A stretch of DNA of 64,000 nucleotides from Chiloscyllium plagiosum. Its lineage: Eukaryota. Each line of letters starts with the position of its first letter. Position 1 is the stretch's first letter. Location of the stretch: NCBI RefSeq assembly GCF_004010195.1, contig NC_057759.1:2703187-2767186 (forward strand), written 5' to 3'. Shown piece by piece: positions 48,960-60,739 of the stretch. Below the pieces are notes generated by a model. That model saw only the letters and a list, made by a program, of their open reading frames with translations, was not told the DNA's origin and ran no database searches. The translations under genes and the position numbers were made by a program.

Positions 48960-49790
48960 GACATTTCAGCAGTTCGCCTGACTCAGTGAATCCCTTCCCC
49001 TACACAGAGAGGGTGAACAACTTCTCCCTAGTGTGAAGTGACTGATATAGATCGGGGGGGAAGGGGTGGAGGGGAATTACTAACCTGAACTCATTCCTGC
49101 AGAAAGAACATCTGAATAGATTCATGTCATGGACTGAATGAACATGAGGACGACATGTCATCTCACAAAAACAAAACTTGTCAAACACTTCCCACAGATT
49201 GAGACTGAAAAACTTATCGCCATTGTAAACCCAAAATTTCTCAGTTGGCTGGATGATTGAGTGAATTATTTTCCAAATTCATCGAGTAAATAAATTGTTC
49301 CCTCGATGTATTGGTGCTTCTGCAGGCTGGGCGACTGATTGAATATGCCCAGCACTTTCCACAGTTGTGAACTGTGCAGAAGGTCGCTGATTCAGTGAAT
49401 GCTCACACTCAGCTTCCACAGTGTGTCTGCCGGTGTACAATGAGTTCAGATAAACGCCTGAACCGTTCCCTGCAGTGGGGACTGGTAAAAAATCTCCCAC
49501 AAGTGTGAACTCACTCGTTTGTCAACAAGTGAATGAGACAGAGAAGCCCCTACCCACACCAGGACCTAGTGAATGGCCTATCCCCAGGGTGAACTCGCTG
49601 AATTGTCTGGAGGTTAGTTGCCAAAGTGAATCTTTTCCCAAATGTACAGCAGATGAATGGCCTCGCCCCAGTGTGAACTCACCACTGTCTACATTCAGGG
49701 CAGGAGAAGGCTCTCCCCAGTGTAAATTCTCCAGTGTCTCAGCAGATGGGACTTCTAAGTGAATCCCTTGCCACATTCAAAGCACGAGAA
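48960..49790 (-). pseudogene. Decayed tandem C2H2 zinc-finger array
   Basis: Minus-strand translation gives [67 protein letters not shown]-like linkers with stops, frameshifts and lost Cys/His. Confidence 0.8.
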
Positions 49791-49869
49791 TAGTTGTTCC
49801 CCATTCTGCGTTTCCAGTTCAACTCAATAAACTTGGGTGTCATGATCTTTGATTTTCATTTCGAAGCAT

Positions 49870-51380
49870 TTGTGTACAACCTTGTCAAATGCTATTTGGA
49901 AGTACAGATACACTCTACTGATTCACCCTTGTCTACTCTACTGGTCACATCTTCAAAACATTCCAGAGGATTTGTCAAGCATGATTTACAATTAATGACT
50001 TGGACTGATGCTGTCAATGCTTTTCAAATCGTCAATTATGACGTTTTAATAATTGACTAGCATTTTTGCCACCGGTGATGACAGGCTAAATGGTCTACAG
50101 TTCCCCGTATTCTCTGTCCCTCCTTTTTTTGAAGTTTGGGATTACATTTTCTACCAGCCAATTCATTGAAACTCTTCCAGCATTATAGAACGATGAAAAT
50201 GATCAACAATGCAGCTGCTTTTCCCAGAGCCATTATCTTAAGTACTCTAGGTTACAAAGCGGCAGGACCAGCCGAGTTGTCGGGTTTTAATACCATCAAT
50301 TTCCCCAAACCATTTCCGGAATAATAAAGATTTCATTCAGCTCCTCCTTCATTCTTGACCCTCTATCCCGTAGCACTCATGGAAGGTTATTTGTTTTCTC
50401 CTTAATGAAGACAGATTCAAACTATTTTTTTTCAACTGGTTCTGCCAGCTTTCTGTTGTTCGTTAAGAATTCACCTGATTTAAACTGTAAGGAAGATACA
50501 TTTGTCTGCAGCAGTCCTTCTCTCTTCACATTACTTTAGAACATATTGCAGTCAGTTTTTTTTTTATGTTTTATACAAGCTAACTTTCGCATTCTGTTTT
50601 CCCCTTCTGAATTAATTCCTACGTCATCCTCTGCTGAATTTTAATTTCCTCCCAGTCGTCAGGCTTACTGCTTTCTCTGGACAATTTAAATGCGTCCTCT
50701 TTGGCTTTAACACTCTGATTTCTTTTGTTAAGCATCATTGAGCCACCATGTTTTAAACTGAGCCAGACAGGAATGCGCAATTGTTGAAGTTCATCCATGT
50801 GTTCTTTAAATATCTGCTATTGCTTATCCACCATCCATCCCTTGGCCAGTTTAGCCCAACTAACACATACCCCATACAATCAAAGTTAGCATTAGGTTCA
50901 GGACTCTAGATTCAGATTTAAGTGTGTCATTCTCTATGTTAACGAAAAATTCTACCATATTGAGGTCACTCTTCCCCAAAAACCTTCCATTAAATGTTGC
51001 TAATTAATCCCCTTACAATTCACAATGCCCAGTCTGGGATGGTTTAGTCGCAGTTGGTTCCTTGACATATTGATTGAGGAAACCATATTTCCTACTATCC
51101 AAGAAATCTTGCTCCATCACATTGGTACCAGTTTGTTTCGTTCAATCAATATGTAGATGGATATCATCTAAAATAACTGCTGTACCTTTACAGCATGCAA
51201 CTCCAATTTCCTGTTTGATAGAGTCCCCAAAATAACAACTACTGATTCGTGTCCTGTATACAACTCACACTAACGTCTTTTTTCCTTTTGACATTCCACA
51301 GCTCCATCCGAACAGATTCCACATCACCCAGGCTGATGTCTTGCCTTACTATTGTAATATCCTCCTTAACCAGCAATGCT
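49870..51380 (-). mobile_element. Old CR1 ORF2 fragment (APE to RT)
   Basis: ALLVKEDITIVRQDISLGDVESVRMELWN next to the gap. RT remnants near 49.9-50.3 kb. Confidence 0.75.
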
Positions 51381-51880
51381 NNNNNNNNNNNNNNNNNNNN
51401 NNNNNNNNNNNNNNNNNNNNNNNNNNNNNNNNNNNNNNNNNNNNNNNNNNNNNNNNNNNNNNNNNNNNNNNNNNNNNNNNNNNNNNNNNNNNNNNNNNNN
51501 NNNNNNNNNNNNNNNNNNNNNNNNNNNNNNNNNNNNNNNNNNNNNNNNNNNNNNNNNNNNNNNNNNNNNNNNNNNNNNNNNNNNNNNNNNNNNNNNNNNN
51601 NNNNNNNNNNNNNNNNNNNNNNNNNNNNNNNNNNNNNNNNNNNNNNNNNNNNNNNNNNNNNNNNNNNNNNNNNNNNNNNNNNNNNNNNNNNNNNNNNNNN
51701 NNNNNNNNNNNNNNNNNNNNNNNNNNNNNNNNNNNNNNNNNNNNNNNNNNNNNNNNNNNNNNNNNNNNNNNNNNNNNNNNNNNNNNNNNNNNNNNNNNNN
51801 NNNNNNNNNNNNNNNNNNNNNNNNNNNNNNNNNNNNNNNNNNNNNNNNNNNNNNNNNNNNNNNNNNNNNNNNNNNNNNNN

Positions 51881-53760
51881 GTTCTTGCCCAATACCATCA
51901 AAATTGGCCTTTCTCCAATTTAGAGCTTCATCTTTTAGATCAGGTCTATCCTTTTCCATCACCATTTTAAATCTAATAGAATTATGGTCTCTGGCCCCAA
52001 AGTGCCCCCCCACTGACACCTCAGTCACCGGCCCTGCATTATTTCCCAAGAGTATGTCAAGGTTTGCACCTTCTCTAGTAGGTACATCCATATACTGAAT
52101 CAGGAAATTGTCTTGTACGCACTTAAGAAATTCCTCTCCATCTAAACCTTTAACACTATGGCAGTCCCAGTCAATGTTTCGAAAGTTAAAATCCCCTACC
52201 ATAACTACGCTTATATTCTTACAGATAGCTGAGATCTTCTTACAAGTTTGTTTCTCAACTTCCCTCTGACTATTAGGGGGTCTATAGTACAATCCCAATA
52301 AAATGATTTTCCCTTTCTTATTTCTCAGTTCCACCCAAATAACTTCCCTGGATGCATTTCCGGGAATATCCTCCTTCAGCACAGCTGTAATGCTATCCCT
52401 TACCAAAAATGCCACTCCCCCTCCTCTCTTGCCTCCCTTTCTATCCTTCCCGTAGCATTTGTATCCTGGAACATTAAGCTGCCAGTCCTGCCCATCCCTA
52501 AGTCATGTTTCTGTAATTGCTATGGTATCCCAGTCCCATGTTCCTTACCATGCCCTGAGTTCATCTGCCTTCCCTGTTAGGCGCAGCAGGTCAGGCAGCA
52601 TCCAAGGAGTAGGAGCATCGACGTTTCGGGCATGAGCCCTTGTTCAAGAAACATCGATTCTCTTGCTCCTTGGATGCTGCCTGACCTGCTGCGCTTTTAC
52701 AACAACACATTTTCAGCTCTGATCTCCAGCATCTGCAGTCCTTACTTTCTCCTTCCCTGTTAGGCCCTGATCCAAAAATGTGAATCCTTCTCCCATACAC
52801 CAGCTCCTCAGCCATGCATTCAAATGCTCTATCCTCCTATTCCTGCCCTCGTAGCACCGGGAGTAATCCAGATATTACTACCCTTGAGGACCTCCTTTTT
52901 AAATTTCTGCCTAACTCCCTGTAATCTCTCTTCATAATCTCAACATTTTCCCTTCCTATACCGTTGGTTTCAATGTGGACAATGACCTCTTGCTGACCCC
53001 TCTCCACCGTGAGAACATTCTGTACCCTCTCTGAGACATCCTTGATCCTGGCACCAGGGAAGCAACTCACCATTCTGCTTTTTCTATGCTAGCCATAAAC
53101 ACGTCTGTCTGTACCTCGGACTACAGAATCCCTTAACACAATTGATGTCTTGGAAGCCGACGTACCCCTGGTTGCATAGGAGCCAGTCTCAATACCAGAA
53201 ACTTGGCTGTTCGTGCTATGTTTCCCTGAGAATCCATCACGCCCGACACTTTCCAAAACAGCATACCTGTTTGAAATGGGTATAGCCACAAAAGACTCCT
53301 GCCCTAGGTGCCTACCTCTCTTACCCTTCCTGGAGTTAACCCATCTATATGACTGTATCTGAAACTTTCGCCTCTTCCTGTAACTGCCATCCATCACATA
53401 CTGTTGCTGTTGCAAATTCCTCATCGCTTCTATCTGTCTCTCCAAACGATCCACTCGATCTGATAACATTCGCATCCAACAGCATTTATGGCAGACATAA
53501 TCCGCAGTAACCCTTGAACTCTCTTTAAACTCCCATATCTGACAAGAAGTACATGTCACTGTAAAGGCCATTTTTGTTCCTTCACAATTTACAGACCCAG
53601 AAAATAACACCGTCTTATTCCTCTACAACACACTGCACCAGGTTAAATTAATAGCTATGGCTTATATTTTAAGTTTAATCAAGAGACTTATCTCCAAAAA
53701 CATATAATCAAGAAAGAACTCACTGTACTCACTAATACAGCCTTTCTCTTGGACAGACTT
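51881..53760 (-). mobile_element. CR1 LINE 5' half: ORF1 (zinc finger, coiled coil, SGNH esterase-like) and ORF2 APE endonuclease
   Basis: CTSCQIW...CHKC...RVDRLERQI; CFPGARIKDVSERV...HIETNGI...VVISGLLPV; GLYYRPPNS...VMVGDFNF...PTREGANLDILL. Confidence 0.93.
52583..52750. mobile_element. Hairpin Penelope terminal insertion with a 15-bp flanking direct repeat
   Basis: ccttccctgttaggc at 52568-52582 and 52751-52765. Internal inverted repeat gcagcaggtcaggcagcatccaaggag / ctccttggatgctgcctgacctgctgc. Confidence 0.75.
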
Positions 53761-53844
53761 AAAGTGCATCATGTTATTAAGAAAAGGATATGACATGAAA
53801 AATGTGAAGCAATGGCCTGGAGGTTAAAGACGCTCTCTCACTCC

Positions 53845-53879
<35 letters not shown>

Positions 53880-54814
53880 ATCAAGAAAGAACTCACTGTA
53901 CTCACTAATACAGCCTTTCTCTTGGACAGACTTAAAGTGCATCATGTTATTAAGAAAAGGATATGGCTTGCCATTCATTTGAATTTAGACTTAAATAAAA
54001 TAAGTAAGCTTCGAAATACAATGCATGAACTTGGATAAGTGGTCAGCCTACATTGGATATTTGTTTTCCCGCAATTAATAAAGTCATCCAAATTTTGCAT
54101 TGAGATGCAACGAAACTGCGTAGATGTAGATGGGGGAAGGCAGATTAACAGTGATGCAGTATCATGCCTGCAAGTTTTGAAAGAAAAATCTGGAATGTGG
54201 CTTGAATATCAAGACGGACAGTACAACAAAATTGGTAAGTAGATACATGGGCACATTAGAATTCATCCAAAACCTGTGACAAGAACTAAAGGAGAACGAG
54301 TCTCTTGAAGCATATACTGAGCAGTTGCACATATCACAACTTACTTCAGAGCCTAGTAAGAGAATTCTGTGGGTCTGAACGGCGACAAAACATATCAGTG
54401 AGAGGAGCAGATTAAGGATGCGAGCATATATTTTAGGAGGTTTGTCCGTGTGGGACCATTTCAGAAACCATGTGTCATGAAAGAGGAAAATCAGGAATAA
54501 TTCATGAAAATAAGTGGAAGAGCTGTCCTAAGAACAACAAAGAAAAAAAATTGCGCAATTGACTAATAGTTGCAAAGAAGTGACAGAGCACAGTATTGTA
54601 ACGGGAAAATAAGCATTACTGTTTTGTTTGTACAGCGTGTTGTCGGTGTGTAACTGAAGGGACTCGGTGAAGACACTATGTACAAAATACTTTACTCGAT
54701 TTTCCCACCACCAGGAAAACACCCATGTGAGAAGGAAACCAGTAACACAAGAGGTCCAAAATAAGGTCAGTGCTGACATGAAAAATGTGAAGCAATGGCC
54801 TGGAGGTTAAAGAC

Positions 54815-54816
54815 GC

Positions 54817-54880
<64 letters not shown>

Positions 54881-54908
54881 ACATACACACGCGCGCACAC
54901 ACACACAC
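54815..54908. repeat. Compound microsatellite (CT)n(TA)n(CA)n; shorter copy at ~53833-53879
   Basis: Read directly from the sequence. Confidence 0.9.
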
Positions 54909-57184
54909 GAGCTTTAGAATCTCTTCAGTTCAGAGGACTGACTCAGAAAAAGACAAATACAAATAGGGGATTTATAATTCCCTCAGTTTAGAGGAATAAA
55001 TCAAAGCTGAGCAGCCCCAGTCTGTATACCGTGCACATGTAAATAAAGGGTGTCTTTATGACGGTATACCGGTCTCTGTACAAACATTTCACCAGTGAAG
55101 TTATAAAATTTGAAACCCTTCTCATTTGATTAATTGTGTACAACATTGACGTCATTATGAGCCACATTGCCTTATTCTATACATCCAATCCAGTAAACAC
55201 AAATTCAATTATAGGCAACTCTATGAAGAGCTGTAGGTCCTCCCATAATCTTATGATATCAGCCTGAGACCTGCATCGTCTGTCTTTGGATCTTACAATG
55301 CTTCTGATAGTTTTGCTCCTTGATATTTGCCAGCTGCATCGCACCATTTACCAATAATCTAAATAGTTGCTTTTCATTAGGAACTCTTTCGAAACTCTGC
55401 ACTAACTTTCTTTTTGGTAGATTAGGAAGGATAATAATCTCTACAAATTGTTATATGTCTTTAAAATTGACCCTAATAGAAAGTTACTATGATGCATCTG
55501 ACAAATTGAGAAAATTCTCTCACGTCAGTCTGAGAAATCAAACAACTTTGACTTCCAACTACAGTTTACGATCCCTGTAATTTACATACTGTAAGTGGAT
55601 TTTGAACTGAAGCTGGATTAAAAAAAAAACATTTTACTGTTTTCACACTAAACACTTTAATTACTAATTATATTTCTTTACTAAAAGACAAATATTTGAA
55701 TTCCACTGAGGGCGAAAGTTAATCATTTTGCAACTTTATCAAGCCATAACAATGAACTTGTTTAGATTTCACAAACATACCCACATCTTATTCTGTCTCG
55801 GTCACTCTTCCAATGATCTTTGGAATTTGTACAAATTACCTATATCAGCATTTAAGTTGCAATTGTTTATCTCTGTCCACCTTGACTTCTCTTTTTATAA
55901 CCTTTCTCCAGTGGCAATGGTTTGGTTTTGGATGTCATGCTTGCACCATTCATCTCATCCCTTCCCTCATAATACATTGGGTCTCTTCATTACGTGTAAA
56001 CATTTGCTCAAGGCACTCAACTAACCCTTTCACACTAACTTGTTGTTTGCTTTTCGAATTCTACATTTACCGATCATTTCAATACTGAAGGATCAGACTT
56101 TTCCTTCCACGTTTTACTCAATAACAAACTTGGGAATTTAGTTAAATTAGGCTTTAGAACAATGTCCCTTATAAAATGTTTGTGTTTAGAAGTGGCTGTT
56201 AAGAGAAATCTGATTAACTTCCCAAAAGATTATTCCTGCGGCCAATCTCAGTTTATCAAGCATATTGACACAAGGATGACAAATCTAGTCATGAGCATCT
56301 GCTGTATGTAACGTCACACCTGTTCGGCCATTTTATGCTGGCTAAATAAAAAAAGCCCAAGTGGCCATTTGTCACCTTAGTCATGGAGAGCGGCAACACC
56401 AGTTCTGGGTACCGGACCCATGGGGATATTCTTTGGAGTTTAGTTAAGAATAGCATGAAGAGTGGAACATTTAAAGATGCAGAAGACAGTAGCAGTTAGT
56501 TACTTGCTGTAATTTTGGAAAAGAACCCAGCACGAAAGTTTAAGGCTTTCGAGCCAAGACAGATAACTTTGAAAGGAGATAAATAGGCTTGCAGAAAAGA
56601 AATATTTCACACACGTAAAACAGCCCAAGATGCAGTGCAGAAAACTACAGTAAAAACGTATAAGGAGGCATCTAAAAAAAATTAGGAGAAAGAGGTATTG
56701 GAAGAGTAATGCAATTATTTGAAGATTGTTTTGAATGTAATTTATTAGTGATACTATGAGCAGTGCTATAGGAGATCACCGCGATTTAGAGACAGAGTCA
56801 TCAGACATGGAGATGTCTGCACAGGTGGTCATAATGTTACTTCACGCCCCCGCAGTTTGAAGTGAAATGCGGTGTGGTTGGAGATATAGGCTTGAAAGGT
56901 TTAACAGGCGCAGCTGCTAAGTACAGTGAGGGCGATAATCGGGCATGGGATTCCCCTTTCGAAATAAAAAGGGGAGAACTCAGCCCCATTTGCTCTGATT
57001 GCTCCAGGAGTGACAAGTTGCGCTGGAAGGCGTTTGGTGGTGGGGGATGACTGCGGTTCTATTAATTGCAAAGTCAGAGAACATCAGAAACTTCAGCACT
57101 TGGAATGACAGTAAGACGGGTGAAAAATAGGAAAATCAGCAGAGACAGGGAGATGTAAAGGGAGCGGCTAACTTATACATGAAC

Positions 57185-57856
57185 ATGCAGAGAGTTGGGA
57201 TAAAAGGTTCTTTTTCGGAATGGCAGCCCGTGACAAGTGGTGTCCCGCAGGGAGGGTTGGAATATAAAAGCACCGTTGTGCTACTGAGACTTTATAAAGC
57301 TCTGGTTAGGCCCCATTTGGAGTACTGTGTCCAGTTTTGGTCTCCACACCTCAGGAAGGACATACTGGCACAGGAGCGTGTCCAGCGGAGATTCACACGG
57401 ATGATCGTCTAAAATACGAGGAAAGGCTGAGGATCCTGGGATTGTATTCATTTGAGTTTAGAAGATTAAGGGGAGATTTAATAGATACTTACAAGATAAT
57501 ACATGGCTTGGAAAGGGTGGACGCTAGGAAATTGTTTCCGTTAGGCGAGGAGACTAGGACCCGTGGACACAGCCTTAGAATTAGAGGGGGTAAATTCAGA
57601 ACAGAAATGTAGAGACATTTCTTCAGCCAGAGAGTGGTGGGCCTGTGGAATTCATTGCCGCAGAGTTCAGTGGAGTCCAGGACGCTAAATGTCTTCACGG
57701 CAGAGATTGACAAATTCTTGATGTCACAAGGAATTAAGTGCTACGGGGAGAATGCGGGTAAGTGGAGTTGAAATGCCCATCAGCCATGATTGAATGGCGG
57801 AGTGGACTCGATGGGCCGAATGGCCTTACATCCACTCCTATGTCTTATGGTCTTAT
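57185..57856 (+). mobile_element. CR1 3' end with internal deletion
   Basis: [11 protein letters not shown] fused to [19 protein letters not shown]. Tail tcctatgtcttatggtctta. Confidence 0.9.
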
Positions 57857-57919
57857 AGAGTGTGAGGAGTCAGTGAAATTGCAAAAGATAGAAGTTTTGC
57901 TGAACAAAGAGTTCCTTGA

Positions 57920-58590
57920 CACTGGAGTCGCTAGTAAATAAGATAGTGAAAAAAGCATGAGGTATACATTCCTTTATTGATCAAGGCATTGAGTATAGGA
58001 GTTAGGATGTCATGTTGTAGCTGTTCAGGACATTGATTAGGCCGCTTTTGGAAGATAATGTGCAATTCTGGTTTCCTTCCTATAAGAAGGATGTTGTGAA
58101 ACTTGAAAGTATTCAGAAAAGATTTACAAAGATGTGGCCAGTGTTTGAGGATTTCAGGTGTAGGGAGAGGCTAAATAGGCTGGGGCTGTTTTCTCTAGAA
58201 CGTTGGAGACTGAATGGTGACCTTATAGGAGTTTATATAATCAGGCAGGGCATGGATCGGGTCAATATACAAAGTCTTTTTCCTTGGATATGGAGAGCAG
58301 AGCTAGAGGGCATAGGTTTACGGTGAGAGGGGCAAGATATAAAAGTGATCTAAGGGGCAACACTTTCACGTAGAACATGATGCATGTATGGAATAAGCTA
58401 CCAGAGAAAGTGCTGGAAGTTGGTGCAATGAAACATTTAAAGTCGTCTGGATGGGTATATGAATAGGAAGATTTCAACGGGAAATGGGCCAAGTGATGAT
58501 ACATGGGATGAGATTAATTTAGGATATCTGGTCAGCATGGATGCGTTGGATCAAGATTGCAGTTTCTGTGCTGTACATCACTATGACTCT
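57920..58590 (+). mobile_element. CR1 3' end
   Basis: RPLLEDNVQFWFPSYKKDVVKLESIQKRFTKM. Confidence 0.85.
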
Positions 58591-58599
58591 CTAACATCA

Positions 58600-59700
58600 T
58601 TATAGATCGAAAGTGCAAAAAGCATATCAAGAGATAAATTAAGAGAACTGGTTAACACTGAGTGAAAGATCAAGAGGAACAGCTGCAGAAAGAACGAGTG
58701 CAAAATGGCCGGGAGATAACTCAGCAGTGAGAATGACCCTATGGTGAGATACGTATAAAGAACATTTTTTACATCAAAGATGAGTTCAAATTGAGACCAA
58801 GAAAATCAGCAGACAGTTAGTGTAGGGTGAGAAACGGCGGAAACATTCGCAGAGAGAATCAATGTCGACTCAGAGACATAGAGTAACACCACCAGAGAGA
58901 GAGAGTACCAGGTAGTGATGGAGGGTTACATTCCCTGAAAGAATCAGTCAGTAGTGAGAGACCAATGGCAACATTATCAGGGTGTAAATGATGAGTGAGT
59001 AATCAAAGTGATTCTCAGGAGGGGCATGGAATGTACAGTAAGAGAACAAGAAGAACCGTTGCAATGATAGAGACAGTAGAATGATACGTCGAGAGCATCA
59101 TGAGCAAAGACAGTGAGTGCAAATTAAGAGGCGAAGAAGAAGATTATCTGACAGTTTAGGGCAACAACAACTGACATACAGTAACATTATCATTCAAAAT
59201 AAGGGCAGAGTAACAAAAACAGCGAGACAGATAATGGAGTGAAATAAAAGGAAGCACATCGACTGGAAAAGTGAATGTGAAGTGAGACACCAAGAGGATA
59301 AGGAGCACAGAAATTAAACTTAGTTTGAAATGCAACACCAAATTTTTGCAGAGGGAGTGAATGTAGATGGGAAGACTAGGATGAAAGTTGAGCAGCATGA
59401 GTCAGTGCATTCCGAGATACCAAAACGAACATCAGCAGACAGTGTCAGTGCAGAGTTTGAGAGGCAGGGTACCAACAACAGAGATCTAGAGTGTGTAATG
59501 AGAGAAAGATAAACGCCAGAGAGAGAAAGAGGAAATATATCTTAGAAAGTAAGTATATAGTCTTACCAAGAGGAATATCAGCAGAAAGAGTAAAAAGTCG
59601 AATAAGACCTTGACACTGAGAAAGAACAATTGCAGAGGAGACAATGAGTCGCTGTGGTATGGAAAATTTGACAGGCAAGACTATGTCACGTTGAGCTACG
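58600..59700. repeat. Degenerate ~40-bp purine-rich tandem repeat (second block)
   Basis: gatcaagaggaacagctgcag, gagaccaagaaaatcagcagac, accaaaacgaacatcagcagac and accaagaggaatatcagcag. Confidence 0.6.
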
Positions 59701-60079
59701 GAGAGCCATGAGTCCCAATGAACGATTGAAAACGATCAGAATACAACTTCGGGATGAAGAATGGTGCTAAATATGACAGACTATGAATGTATCCAGAAAC
59801 TATGGACGTATCCACGCCATCCAAGAGGTGCATGAACAGAATTGTGCCCCAGTGCAATCTTTAACCTCAGCATCTGGCATATCCCTCACTCAACCATTAC
59901 CATCAAGCCACTGATAAATCTGGTTCAACGGATAGTGCAGGAGGGCATGCCAGGAGTTGCAAAGGCAGCAAATGACAGACAGAAATAAGTGATCACGCAG
60001 TCAACACTCAGCAACAGCACAGGCTGCATGCTATTGGGACAACTCTGCCCCTGTAACAGTGTTATGTTGTCCTTGTTTT

Positions 60080-60296
60080 GTCCGGAGCAGACGCAGTGCG
60101 GGTTTCGCAGTCGACCTAACACTCGCCTGATTTTGACGTCACAACGCGGAAGTGACTTTGTCAGTTTCAGAGTGAATCTCCCTCCTCTGGGCAAATCCTC
60201 GATCTGGGAGGCAGAGAGAGAGAAGCGGTCAATCTCTTCACTAGCAGCAACTGGAGTAAACCCAGGGAGAGAGCAGACTTTGCAACTCAGGTATGT
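60080..60296 (+). promoter_or_regulatory. Promoter-like element with candidate non-coding first exon
   Basis: Full CRE TGACGTCA at 60134-60141, ETS site CGGAAGTG at 60147-60154, local CpG enrichment and a donor CAG|GTATGT at 60290/60291. Confidence 0.55.
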
Positions 60297-60739
60297 GTAT
60301 TAATTACCCGGGTGAGGAGGGACAGAAAGACAGAAATTGGGAAGGGGGAGGGGGAGAGATCTTTTCTGTGTTTACTTTTAAAATGCACACGGTCCCCACA
60401 ACTAAATACAACAGTGTATGCAATATCCCTCATTGCATCTCCAAGCTGGCTGCAACGGTTTTGCATCCTCTGGTCTTCCTCCGCCTTGTCTCCACCACAT
60501 TCTGTTTTCTTCCCCCATCCCCAAACCCCCGCCCCGAGGCGTTGATGCTTCCAATCTGACCCTCAAATTTTCGGTTTGACCCTCCATTCTTTCCCGGTTG
60601 TCTTTTCTAAGTTTTGATAACTTTCCCAATCCTCTGAGTATAGGAGAAGGAAGGTTATGTTGAGGCTGTGCAGGACATTGGTAAGGTCACTCTTGGAATT
60701 CTGGTCTGCACCCCCCCCCCCCCCCCCCATTAGGAAAAA

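Noticed and set aside
54597..56800. Possible LTR and internal retroviral remnants
   Set aside because: An LTR-like end (aaataaaggg...atttca at ~55091) is suggestive, but I could not define a start, a target duplication or a recognisable protein motif.
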